From an uncultured Candidatus Saccharibacteria bacterium (GTDB lineage Bacteria > Patescibacteriota > Minisyncoccia > Phycocordibacterales > UBA2100), in the NCBI GenBank assembly GCA_964545165.1, contig CAZJEQ010000002.1:37072-101071 (forward strand): a stretch of DNA of 64,000 nt, in the 5' to 3' direction. Positions 9,354-18,695 of this stretch are shown one piece after another. The notes under the pieces are model-generated. The model was given only the letters and a program-made list of their open reading frames with translations. It searched no databases and was not told the origin of the DNA. Both the position numbers and the translations under genes were made by a program. Positions within the stretch are counted from its first letter, which is position 1, and every line of letters begins with the position of its first letter.

Positions 9354-11915
9354 ATGAAAAAATCAGCACAAAACGTCCGCCTCTCACGAGATGTGATCCC
9401 CCATCGATACGAAATCAAGCTGAAGCCCGATCTGGAGGCATTTGTATTTGAAGGAGAAGAGACCATTCATCTCACCCTCAAAAAACCCACGACGCGTATC
9501 ACCCTGCATGCTGACGAGCTCGAAATAGAATCAGTAGAGGTATTGACTGACGTGGGAATGCAGGATGCACAGAAGATCTCCTACAATAAAGCTGCTGAGA
9601 CAGCATCGTTCGACTTCGCACAGCCACTGCCGAAAGGCACTGTGCAGCTGAAGATCAACTTCCGTGGCATTCTCAACGATAAAATGCGCGGCTTCTACCG
9701 CTCGCAGTTTGCATACCGAGGCAAAACACACACGATCGCCACCACGCAATTCGAATCGACCGATGCACGCAAAGCGATTCCCTGCTTCGACGAGCCCGAG
9801 ATGAAAGCCGTCTTTGAAGTCTCACTCGTAGTGCCGAGTGACAAGACGGCAATTTCCAACACGCTCCCCATCGATATTGCCGAGCATGGTGGCGGCTACA
9901 AGGTCTTCACCTTCTCACCGACGCCCGCCATGTCGACGTACCTGCTCGCATTTATTGTGGGCGATTTCGAATACATTGAGAAAAGAAGTGCCGATGGCAT
10001 CCTCGTGCGCGTCTTTACCACGCCCGGAAAAAAGGAGCAGGCACGCTTTGCACTCGATTGCGCCGCAAAGACCGTCACGTATTTCAACAAATACTTCGGC
10101 ATCCGCTATCCCCTGCCTGTGCTCGATATGATCGCCATCCCGGACTTTGCCGCCGGTGCCATGGAGAATTGGGGAGCGATCACGTACCGCGAGAGCGCGC
10201 TCCTCGTGGACCCCGCGAATTCCTCGACCATGAACAAGCAGTGGGTGGCGCTCGTCATCGCGCACGAGATCGCGCACCAATGGTTTGGCAACCTTGTCAC
10301 CATGCAGTGGTGGACCCACCTCTGGCTCAATGAGGGTTTCGCCTCGTATATTGAGTACCTCGCGGTCGACAAGATATTTCCCTCATGGGATATGTGGACG
10401 CAATTCATCAACCACGATATGCGTCCTGCCTTTCACCTCGACGCGCTCAAGCACACGCACCCCATCGAGGTCGAAGTGCACCACCCGTCGGAAATTGCCG
10501 CGGTCTTCGATGCCGTCTCCTACTCCAAAGGTGCAACGATCATCCGCATGCTCGCGGAATACCTCGGGGAGAAAAATTTCCGCGATGGCCTGCGCTACTA
10601 CCTCAAGAAGCACCAGCACGGCAATACCGTGACGGAAGACCTCTGGCGCGCGCTCGCGCACGTCTCGGGAAAGCCGGTGGAGAAGATCATGGCCAATTGG
10701 ACCGGCAAGGGTGGCTACCCGCTCGTCGCGGTGTCCGAAAAAGGCGGCACCCTCGCGCTCTCGCAATCCCGATTCTTCTCAAGCCCACTTTCAGCAAAGC
10801 AAAATAAGGAGAAGACTATCTGGCAGGTGCCGATCGCAATCGCGACCGACAAGGGTCGACAGAAAGAGCCATACCTGCTGACCAAGCAATCAGCCTCCAT
10901 CACAAAGCCGCGCGGCAGCTGGGTAAAGCTCAATGCCGACGAGACAGCATTCTTCCGCACCGTCTACGCACCAGCGCTGCGCGACCAGCTTGGCAAAGCT
11001 GCGGCGGCGAGGAAGCTCAAGGTCCGTGATCGCCTCGGTCTCATTCGCGATGTCTTTGCGCTCGCCGAGAACGGCAGGATCGATGCCAGTGAAGCGCTCG
11101 AGTTCGCAGCGAACTTCAAAAAAGAGACCGAGTACGTGGTCTGGGCGGAGCTCGCCTCAAGCCTCGCCAACATCCACTCGCTGATCGCGCACGAAAAATT
11201 CTTGGCACAATTTGAAAGCTTCGCACTGGATCTCTTCTCGGATATCCGCAAGAAATACGATTGGGATACGAAAACGAGCTCGCACGCAGGAGCACTCCTC
11301 AAAGTCCTGGTACTGGGGAGCTTGGGCAAATATGGCGATCAGAAGACGATCGCCACTGCACAAAACATGCTCACTAAGGCAGCGACTGGCAAGAACACCA
11401 TTGCGCCAGATCTGCGTGGCGTCGTGTACTCGATCGCGGCGCGATACGGTGGTAGCCGCGAATACAAGATGCTGTTGGACTTATACGCAAAAGCTGAAAT
11501 GCACGAGGAGAAAAATCGTCTCGGCAACTCACTCGGCAATTTTAGAAACAAAGCGCTCCTTGAGAAGACACTCCACTTCGCACTCTCGGACACTGTGCGC
11601 CTGCAGGACAAGACGCGCATGATTGCCTACGTGACGATGAATCCGATGGGCCTCGAAATCTCATGGCCATGGATTCAGCGCAATTGGAAGACCTTTACCG
11701 AGCGGTACTCAGGTACACGCGATCTGCTTCACCTCATCGATCCGATGCACGTCTCCTCCTCAAAGATACTCGCGGGAGAGCTCAAGGCATTCTTCAAGAA
11801 ACACAAAGTCGCTGGCATGCAACGCACGCTCGATCAGACCCTCGAGCAAATTGCCGCGAACGCCCTCTGGCTCCAGCGCAACAAGAAATCAGTGGCAGAA
11901 TTTCTTGTCCGATAA
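9354..11915 (+). CDS. pepN: M1 family aminopeptidase (PepN/ERAP-like)
   Basis: GAMENWG, HEIAHQWFGN...NEGF zinc motif, ERAP1-like C-terminal domain. Confidence 0.93.
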   Translation: MKKSAQNVRLSRDVIPHRYEIKLKPDLEAFVFEGEETIHLTLKKPTTRITLHADELEIESVEVLTDVGMQDAQKISYNKAAETASFDFAQPLPKGTVQLKINFRGILNDKMRGFYRSQFAYRGKTHTIATTQFESTDARKAIPCFDEPEMKAVFEVSLVVPSDKTAISNTLPIDIAEHGGGYKVFTFSPTPAMSTYLLAFIVGDFEYIEKRSADGILVRVFTTPGKKEQARFALDCAAKTVTYFNKYFGIRYPLPVLDMIAIPDFAAGAMENWGAITYRESALLVDPANSSTMNKQWVALVIAHEIAHQWFGNLVTMQWWTHLWLNEGFASYIEYLAVDKIFPSWDMWTQFINHDMRPAFHLDALKHTHPIEVEVHHPSEIAAVFDAVSYSKGATIIRMLAEYLGEKNFRDGLRYYLKKHQHGNTVTEDLWRALAHVSGKPVEKIMANWTGKGGYPLVAVSEKGGTLALSQSRFFSSPLSAKQNKEKTIWQVPIAIATDKGRQKEPYLLTKQSASITKPRGSWVKLNADETAFFRTVYAPALRDQLGKAAAARKLKVRDRLGLIRDVFALAENGRIDASEALEFAANFKKETEYVVWAELASSLANIHSLIAHEKFLAQFESFALDLFSDIRKKYDWDTKTSSHAGALLKVLVLGSLGKYGDQKTIATAQNMLTKAATGKNTIAPDLRGVVYSIAARYGGSREYKMLLDLYAKAEMHEEKNRLGNSLGNFRNKALLEKTLHFALSDTVRLQDKTRMIAYVTMNPMGLEISWPWIQRNWKTFTERYSGTRDLLHLIDPMHVSSSKILAGELKAFFKKHKVAGMQRTLDQTLEQIAANALWLQRNKKSVAEFLVR

Positions 11916-11916
11916 C

Positions 11917-11944
11917 CACAAGGCTCCCTCGCGGGAGCCTTGTG
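11917..11944. terminator. Hairpin between convergent genes
   Basis: cacaaggctccc-tcgc-gggagccttgtg, a 12-bp stem. Confidence 0.7.
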
Positions 11945-11962
11945 ATTGAGAAATAAGGTGGG

Positions 11963-12787
11963 TTAGTTGGCGTGTGCGCTGCCCGAAGCCGAGACATCGG
12001 TATTGGCGGCTGCGTGGAATTCTTCTTCCATCGCTGCACGAATCTCCGCAACGAGCTTTGCCTGTTCAGCCGCGGTGAAGCGTGCTTCTGCAGAAGCACT
12101 TGCGTTGGCATTGCCGCCAACGACCGTGTCACTCTGGAGCGCGGCATTCACGCGCGACTGGATCTTGGTCTCAAGATCAGCGCTATCGACTGACGAGTAG
12201 AGAAAACGGTACCACGGACGCGTGACCGTCACTTCGCCTGAGGCATCCACGACCGCTGTGGCCGAGAGCGAGGCCGGGATAAAGCCGAGGAATTTGGCCG
12301 ACTCCTTATAGGTCACTTCGATGCTGTCGCTCGACGCTTCGACTTCAGCGAGCTGCTCATCGTTTTTCATCTGGGTCGCGACGTAGGCTGAAAGATCAGC
12401 AGTGGTCTGGACGCTCGTCGGAGAGCCCGCGAAGTTGAGGTTGACCGCTGCATTGCCCGCACCATTGGATGATGCTTTCACTGCCGAGGTAATGTCAGCG
12501 CGCGTGAAGAGCACGATGCCTGCATCAGCATTCGTAGCGGCATTCGATGAGACCGCGCCGTCAAGATTGGTCGAGGTATCGGCATCGGTCGTAGCCTCTG
12601 TATCGGACGAGACTGAGCCCGAAGTACCAGCGCCAGTTGAGCCCGAGGAGCTTGAAGCCTGGCCGGACGCGCCGACGCTTACATCAGTAGCGCCTGAGAC
12701 ATCAACCGAGATTGCAGCGACCGGCGCGACGAGCGCCAATGAGAGCGCAACAGCAGCGGAGCCAGTAGCGATAGAGCGAATGTTCAT
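11963..12787 (-). CDS. Hypothetical secreted Ser/Ala/Thr-rich protein
   Basis: Signal peptide, low-complexity linker, KFLGFIP...PWYRFL motif. Confidence 0.7.
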   Translation of the reverse strand: MNIRSIATGSAAVALSLALVAPVAAISVDVSGATDVSVGASGQASSSSGSTGAGTSGSVSSDTEATTDADTSTNLDGAVSSNAATNADAGIVLFTRADITSAVKASSNGAGNAAVNLNFAGSPTSVQTTADLSAYVATQMKNDEQLAEVEASSDSIEVTYKESAKFLGFIPASLSATAVVDASGEVTVTRPWYRFLYSSVDSADLETKIQSRVNAALQSDTVVGGNANASASAEARFTAAEQAKLVAEIRAAMEEEFHAAANTDVSASGSAHAN

Positions 12788-12993
12788 AAGATATGTTGAA
12801 TGAATAATTGATAATGGGATCAAAAGGCTCATGCCTCATAACCCCAGAGAACGGAGCCCCGGCGGACTCCGTTCTCTGGGGTCAATGTCCTATCTGCTCA
12901 TGAAGACGAAGGGTACCGCCACGCCTTACCGGTGCAAAGTCCCGTCTTCATTTGACGTTCATGTGTCGCCAAAGGCGACAAGGTTCATCTTCT

Positions 12994-13467
12994 ATGGCAG
13001 AATCGCGCCAGCAACGAGAGGAGGCGACATTGAGGATCCCCGAACCCGGCGAGCAGCATATTCTGCAACAAAGGGATGCGTCCTTTTACGCGCCCTGGCT
13101 CATGGATGGGTGCACCAAGCTCGCGACTTGTCTCACTGCCAAGTCATTCACTGGCGTGCACCAATTCATCGACCAAGGTCTCGACGAAACACTCGAGGGC
13201 AACCTGGCAAAGCTCGTGGAAACGCTGAGCCCGACAGAGCAGGCGCAATTTCGGATCTCCTGCGCTATCTGCCTCCACGTCCTGTCGCTCGGTGAAAGCG
13301 GACGGCGCAATGCAGTCGCCATTACCTTTTTGCTGCTCCTATGCTCGCATCTCAGAGCTAGCGAGACGCTGCCAACGCTTTGCGAACTGGTGAAGGATGG
13401 CAGGCTCCGCCCATGGGGTCACGGCGTCGAAGACCTCGCGAAGGAGGTCATTCGAGACCTCTCGTAG
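12994..13467 (+). CDS. Hypothetical protein
   Basis: Best ORF filling the gap before purF; no recognisable motif. Confidence 0.45.
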   Translation: MAESRQQREEATLRIPEPGEQHILQQRDASFYAPWLMDGCTKLATCLTAKSFTGVHQFIDQGLDETLEGNLAKLVETLSPTEQAQFRISCAICLHVLSLGESGRRNAVAITFLLLLCSHLRASETLPTLCELVKDGRLRPWGHGVEDLAKEVIRDLS

Positions 13468-13522
13468 CACCTGACAGATGCTGATCTTCCGGCCGCTCGC
13501 GCAAACGCGAGCGGTTCGCTGT

Positions 13523-15016
13523 TTATCCCTTGAGCGGGGTGTAGCACACTTTCTTTGCTTGAAATTCCTTGCGGCGGTCGCCGATGTCGATCGGATATTC
13601 GCCGGTGAAAAACGATGTGCAGAAGAGGTCTTCCGAGAGCCCTGTCGCCTGCATCATGCCGTCGTACGAGAGATAGGTGAGCGAGGTCGCGCCGAGATAC
13701 TCGCGGATTTCTTCTACTGACTTATCCGCTGCAATCAAATATTTCTGCTCCGGCGTATCGATGCCATAAAAATCGGGGAAAACGACTGGTGGACTTGATA
13801 CCAAGAAGTGTACTTCTTTGGCCCCTGCCTCAAAAAGCATTGAGACGATTTGTCGCGAGGTCGTGCCACGCACGATCGAATCATCGAGGACGGCCACGCG
13901 CTTCCCTTCTATCACCGTGCGCTGCGGCGTGAGCTTGGCCTTCACTCCTTGATCGCGAATATGCTGTTCGGGCTGAATAAAGGTGCGATGGATGTAGCGA
14001 TTCTTCGCGAGCCCGAGCTCAAAGGGCACACCGCTCTCCTGCGAGAAGCCGATCGCCGCCGGATTCGAACTCTCGGGCACAGGGATAATCACATCAACAT
14101 CGATTTTCGCTTCCTTCGCGAGCTGTACGCCAAAGTTACGGCGCACATCGTAGACGGATTTCCCGAGGAGCTCAGAATCAGGTCGTGCAAAGTACACGAA
14201 TTCAAAAATATCGAGCTTCTGGTTCGCTTCTTTGAGTTGCTCTCCGCGAAGTCCGTCTTTGTCCACCACGACCATTTCTCCAGGATGCACATCGCGCAGA
14301 TGGGTCGCACCAATCGGGTGAAATGCACAGGTCTCTGAGGCGAAGACAAACCCGCCATTTAATTTGCCAATCGAGAGCGGACGAATACCGCAGTGGTCGC
14401 GAATCGCAATTAATTTATCCGCGGACATAATGAGGATGGAGAAGGCGCCCGTGATCATCGGATATGTCTGTCGTACGGCATCCTCAAAATCCGCGCCCTC
14501 GCGCATGGCGAGGGCAATTGCCTCAACGACGAGGCGCGAGTCTGAGAATTCCGAGACATCAATCCCCTTCTTGCTGAGATGCTCCTGCAAGAGGAGCGTC
14601 TCGGGGAGATTACCATTGTGCACGAGGGCGATAGCGCCATCACTCTCTCCCGACGAAAGAAGGAGCGACTCGTGCGCTCCCTGTTCTTCTGTATATGAAA
14701 TCTTCTCAAGATCAGCCTGACCCTTGGCGAGCATCGGCTGCGCATGCTTGAGCTTTGAGCCGCCCGTCGTCGAATAGCGATTGTGCGCAACTGCTACATG
14801 GCCAGGTAATTTCTTTACGGATTCCTCATTGAAAACCTGCGAGACGAGTCCCATGCCCTTGTGCACCGTGAGGCGCACGCCGTCTCCCGTAGCAATGCCG
14901 GAAGATTCTTGGCCGCGGTGCTGGAGCGAGTAGAGGCCGAAAAAGGAGATGCGGGCGACATCGAGACCCTTGCCATAGACACCGAAGACCGCACATTTCT
15001 CTCCGATATCTTCCAT
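13523..15016 (-). CDS. purF: Amidophosphoribosyltransferase
   Basis: EKCAVFG (propeptide then Cys1), LQHRGQES, HNRYSTTG, HNGN, VLDDSIVRGTT PRPP motif. Confidence 0.95.
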   Translation of the reverse strand: MEDIGEKCAVFGVYGKGLDVARISFFGLYSLQHRGQESSGIATGDGVRLTVHKGMGLVSQVFNEESVKKLPGHVAVAHNRYSTTGGSKLKHAQPMLAKGQADLEKISYTEEQGAHESLLLSSGESDGAIALVHNGNLPETLLLQEHLSKKGIDVSEFSDSRLVVEAIALAMREGADFEDAVRQTYPMITGAFSILIMSADKLIAIRDHCGIRPLSIGKLNGGFVFASETCAFHPIGATHLRDVHPGEMVVVDKDGLRGEQLKEANQKLDIFEFVYFARPDSELLGKSVYDVRRNFGVQLAKEAKIDVDVIIPVPESSNPAAIGFSQESGVPFELGLAKNRYIHRTFIQPEQHIRDQGVKAKLTPQRTVIEGKRVAVLDDSIVRGTTSRQIVSMLFEAGAKEVHFLVSSPPVVFPDFYGIDTPEQKYLIAADKSVEEIREYLGATSLTYLSYDGMMQATGLSEDLFCTSFFTGEYPIDIGDRRKEFQAKKVCYTPLKG

Positions 15017-15048
15017 AGATGGCCGCATTGTATCAGATCGTCTTCTGA

Positions 15049-15084
15049 GAAAAAGAGAGGGCCGCGCAGCATGCGCTGCGCGGC
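15049..15084 (-). terminator. Intrinsic terminator after the 422-aa orphan
   Basis: gccgcgcagc-atgc-gctgcgcggc stem, followed on the - strand by ctctctttttc. Confidence 0.7.
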
Positions 15085-15098
15085 ACCTTCAGATCGAT

Positions 15099-16367
15099 TC
15101 AGTAGCCCCACGGCTGCCTGATGTCCTTGGGGACCATGCCGATGTACGGCGCGGACCCCGGTACATGTGTCTTCAAGACCTGCTCAAGGCCGAGCCAGAA
15201 CGTGTCTGCAAATTCGCAGTTCACGATGCCGGTGTCAGGATGATCACGCAGGTACATCGCCTCAGCGAGATAGAAGACGTTGTTGGCAATCGTCCGCTTC
15301 AACCCCTGATGCGGATCGATCGCATGGAGTGTCGCATACGACGGCCGCGTCTTCACCCGCTCGAGGTAAATAGCCTCCGCAACGTCGCGTGTTTTCTCTG
15401 CGAGCTGTGCGGCTTCCGCGAGATACTCGCCGATATACACCGACCACGAAATGGTCGTGATCGGCATACCGATGCGCACACTCACCGCCTGCGCAATCTC
15501 TCGCACCAGACCGTCGCCAGAGGCTTCGAGTGCCCGTGCAATTTCTGCGTCGGTACGACGATGCGCGTGCGCAGCGCCGAAGAGCCGCTCAGTTGGCGGC
15601 ACGTCACGCTTGATATGCGACGCGACCTCATCGAGACTCGCAAACATGAACGGATGGAAATGATCACGCAGCTCGGGCCGGAGCAAATCGCTCCGCGGCA
15701 CGATAAACGAGATGTCTTCCACCCGACTCTCTGCGAGAATCGTCGACAGTCCCTCCACGATGCGTTCGCGCTTCGCTTGGGGGATGCTGTCGATCACGTC
15801 AGTGTGCGCGTGATTAAAGAGCGCGCACCCCATAATGACGAGCTTCTTGATTGGCGCGCGCTCAGCCTCCTTGAAAATCGGCTCGAGCCGGTAACTGAGC
15901 CGCTCCAGCGTAGTGAGCTCCCCCAGTTGCTTGCGCGCGGCATCTTTCCATTGCGGGAAATCCACGTGCGGCACATTGTTGTCGTGCCAGAGCGGATTCC
16001 ATGGGGCGTCCGGGCGCTCCATCCACGGATGCCACGCGGCGTATTCTCTGGCCATTTGCAAGAGCGCGCGTGCGCAATTCTCGGGTCGCTCCTTGAGCTT
16101 TTTTTCGCTCACCGCAACGCGGTACACGTGTGCTGCCGCCCATGCCGGCACGGGGATGTTCTCCTGCCCCATACGATGCGTCGAGAGCCGAATGCAGCGC
16201 GCCGTCCGCTTGCGACGCAACTCGGGCACACTAAAGAGCGACACCGTGCCAGGATACGTGTGGATCTCGCCGCTCACCAAGTGCGTCTCATAGCCATGCT
16301 GTTCGAGGACGGCAAGCGCCTGCTGAGCCGTATCGTCGCTCACATGAGCAAGAAACTGTATAGGCAT
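15099..16367 (-). CDS. Hypothetical 422-aa protein (C-terminal part tentatively CDPS/class I aaRS-like)
   Basis: Long ORF with SD-like GAGGAG and its own terminator. The family assignment is speculative. Confidence 0.7.
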   Translation of the reverse strand: MPIQFLAHVSDDTAQQALAVLEQHGYETHLVSGEIHTYPGTVSLFSVPELRRKRTARCIRLSTHRMGQENIPVPAWAAAHVYRVAVSEKKLKERPENCARALLQMAREYAAWHPWMERPDAPWNPLWHDNNVPHVDFPQWKDAARKQLGELTTLERLSYRLEPIFKEAERAPIKKLVIMGCALFNHAHTDVIDSIPQAKRERIVEGLSTILAESRVEDISFIVPRSDLLRPELRDHFHPFMFASLDEVASHIKRDVPPTERLFGAAHAHRRTDAEIARALEASGDGLVREIAQAVSVRIGMPITTISWSVYIGEYLAEAAQLAEKTRDVAEAIYLERVKTRPSYATLHAIDPHQGLKRTIANNVFYLAEAMYLRDHPDTGIVNCEFADTFWLGLEQVLKTHVPGSAPYIGMVPKDIRQPWGY

Positions 16368-16430
16368 AGTCTTCTCTCCTCTGTCAAAGTGTCAAAGATC
16401 ACGTTAACGATCGTGTTCGTCATACAACGA

Positions 16431-16455
16431 ACAAGGGCCCCTGCGGGGCCCTTGT
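16431..16455 (-). terminator. Hairpin (possible attenuator) between leader ORF and 422-aa gene
   Basis: acaagggcccc-(3 nt)-ggggcccttgt, an 11-bp stem with a weak U tail. Confidence 0.55.
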
Positions 16456-16479
16456 CTGTGCACGTTTCTGTTTTAGGAG

Positions 16480-16554
16480 TTAGTCGATACGCGCATACAC
16501 AAAGGCGCCGCAAGTGGCGGCTTCCATACGCATACGGCACTGTATCGACTGCAT
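16480..16554 (-). CDS. Putative 24-aa leader peptide MQSIQCRMRMEAATCGAFVYARID
   Basis: Preceded by TTGACG-N16-TATTTT-N6-ATG (TG-extended -10), the same start architecture as core genes here; followed by a hairpin. Confidence 0.45.
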   Translation of the reverse strand: MQSIQCRMRMEAATCGAFVYARID

Positions 16555-16584
16555 AGATCGAAAATAGCACGCCTCAAAAGCGCG

Positions 16585-17640
16585 TCAAGCGATGTCGGCA
16601 CCGTGCTTTGGCGACTCAATATGAAGTGCGATGAGGGTCAGGAAGAAGCTTACGGCAAGTGGCCCCAAGAAAATGCCGACGGGTCCAAAGAAGGCGATGC
16701 CGCCGAGCACCGAGAGCATCATGACCAGCGGGTGCTGCTTCATCCCCTGCGCCATGAGGCGCGGACCGAGCACGTTATCGATGAGGCCGGCAATCCCCGC
16801 CCAGATCAGCAATCCCAGCGCCGCCCCTGAGGCTCCCGTCACAAACAGGAAGAGCATGGCGGGAATCGTGACAATGGCAGTGCCGAGCGGCGGGATAATG
16901 GCGGCGACCATCGCGAGGAGCGCCCAAATGATGGCGTTGGGCACCCCGAAGAGAAAGAGTCCTGCGCCGACAAAGAGTCCCTGGATGAGCGCCAGCAGGA
17001 ATTGGCCGCGTACGACGGATGTCACCGCGAGCGAGAGGCGGCGCATAATTTCCTCATCCTGCGTATCCGGCAATGGTGAGAGACGCACGAGAAAACGACT
17101 GAGCGATTCTCCCTCCTTGAGCAGGTAGTACAGCGCGATAAAGAAGATGAACAGCGCGAGCAGAAACGCAGAGACGCCAGAGAATGCGACACCGAGGTGC
17201 CCAATCAGCCACGCGAGTCCTGCGCGTGCATATTCATCGAGACTCGCCGAGATCTCAGCAAGGCGTGCGCTCGCATCGGGTACATATTGCTGGAGCCACG
17301 GCACCGATTGCGCGAACGCAGTATCAAAACCCGAGCGCCACTCGCCGCTCGCGACCGTGACATAGAGCTGCTGGGATTCTGCCAAGATGCGCGAGCCGAA
17401 GAAGATGCACGGTATCAAGATAAGTACGAGAAAGATGAGCACCGTGACGAGCGACGCAAGCGATGGCGAGCCACGCAGGCGGCGTCGAATGTGGAGATAC
17501 GCTGGCTGGAGCACCACCGCAAAAACCGCGCCGAGTGCAAGCGGTGCGATAAAGGGTCGCACGATAAAAAATACAAGCACCGCTGCAGCAGCGAGCAGCG
17601 CTACGAGAAAGTATTGTTGAATGGTTTTATCGCTCATCAT
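16585..17640 (-). CDS. AI-2E family transporter
   Basis: Multi-TM; IPPLGT, IDNVLGPRL, GGIAFFGPVGIFLGP. Confidence 0.9.
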   Translation of the reverse strand: MMSDKTIQQYFLVALLAAAAVLVFFIVRPFIAPLALGAVFAVVLQPAYLHIRRRLRGSPSLASLVTVLIFLVLILIPCIFFGSRILAESQQLYVTVASGEWRSGFDTAFAQSVPWLQQYVPDASARLAEISASLDEYARAGLAWLIGHLGVAFSGVSAFLLALFIFFIALYYLLKEGESLSRFLVRLSPLPDTQDEEIMRRLSLAVTSVVRGQFLLALIQGLFVGAGLFLFGVPNAIIWALLAMVAAIIPPLGTAIVTIPAMLFLFVTGASGAALGLLIWAGIAGLIDNVLGPRLMAQGMKQHPLVMMLSVLGGIAFFGPVGIFLGPLAVSFFLTLIALHIESPKHGADIA

Positions 17641-17772
17641 GAAAATAGTATCTCCCCGGTGGGTATATCACAACTCTCGCGCGCGCATAGGTAATTCATC
17701 ATGAAGAGTGCGCACTGTGGCGACGCGCATTCACTCGTTGACCATCGCTTCAAAGCGCGGCAGTATCGATAG

Positions 17773-18573
17773 ATGGAACGCTACCGCGCGTGGGTCTGGG
17801 AATTCTTCGTATTTGGCATCAAGCAGGCACGGGCCTGCATCTTCGCCGGCTCCTTCTTCATCATCCTCTTTCTTTCCAAATATATTCCTCTCTTCGGGCT
17901 TGCCCGCTACGATTTCATTTTTCTCTGCGCGATTCTTTTGCAGATCATCCTGCTTCTCACCAAGGTCGAAACCTGGGACGAGGTCAAAACGATTTTCCTC
18001 TTCCATGTGATCGGCACCGTTCTGGAGCTGTACAAGACGCATCCAGCCATCGCCTCCTGGAGCTACCCGGAGCCCGGCTTTTTCAAAATCGCGACAGTGC
18101 CGCTCTATAGCGGATTTATGTACGCCGCTGTCGGCAGCTACCTCACGCAGTCGTGGCGCATTATGAAAAACACACTCGAAGAGTACCCGCCGTATTGGAT
18201 GACGGTACTGCTGTGCGCCGGTATCTATCTCAACTTTTTCACCAACCACTTCATACCGGATCTTCGCATCCTCCTCATCCCCGCGGTCTTCCTGCTCTTT
18301 GCGCGCACCACCGTGTACTTCTACCCGCTCGCCATACCGCGCAAAATGCCGCTGGCACTCGCTTTTATGCTCGTCGCCTTTTTCATCTGGGTCGCGGAAA
18401 ACATCTCGACCCTCCTCGGCGCATGGAAATATCCCGATCAGGTGCACGTCTGGAATGCCGTCTCGACCGGCAAGATCACCTCGTGGTTCTTGATGGTTAT
18501 CATCTCCTTCATCATCGTCGCCTACCTCAAGCACTACAAAAAGGATGTGCTGCACGAGCGCCGTGATGCTTGA
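17773..18573 (+). CDS. DUF817 family membrane protein
   Basis: FGIKQARAC, LELYKT, SWSYP, VPLYSGFMYAAVGSY, FFIWVAENI. Confidence 0.88.
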   Translation: MERYRAWVWEFFVFGIKQARACIFAGSFFIILFLSKYIPLFGLARYDFIFLCAILLQIILLLTKVETWDEVKTIFLFHVIGTVLELYKTHPAIASWSYPEPGFFKIATVPLYSGFMYAAVGSYLTQSWRIMKNTLEEYPPYWMTVLLCAGIYLNFFTNHFIPDLRILLIPAVFLLFARTTVYFYPLAIPRKMPLALAFMLVAFFIWVAENISTLLGAWKYPDQVHVWNAVSTGKITSWFLMVIISFIIVAYLKHYKKDVLHERRDA

Positions 18574-18598
18574 CAAGATAAATCTCATATGATATTCT
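18570..18598 (+). promoter_or_regulatory. sigma70-type promoter of csp (TTGACA-N17-TATTCT), implying a ~90-nt 5' UTR
   Basis: Consensus -35 with 17-nt spacer; a long UTR is typical of cspA-type genes. Confidence 0.65.
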
Positions 18599-18695
18599 TC
18601 ACCTATCAAAACGGGGCCTGATCCAGAGAAGTGAGGATCGAGCTTCCACTCCAGTCTCCTGTCTTGATGCATTAACCAGACTATTTTCTCTTGCT

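Noticed and set aside
15165-16556. 463-aa + strand ORF
   Set aside because: Antisense shadow of the 422-aa gene; the SD, terminator and promoter all favour the - strand.
17701-17772. 23-codon ORF in frame with DUF817 ending in TAG just before its ATG (readthrough or recoding?)
   Set aside because: The region is explained by the promoter TTGACC-N17-CAGTAT-N6-ATG, and TAG is a normal stop elsewhere in the window.
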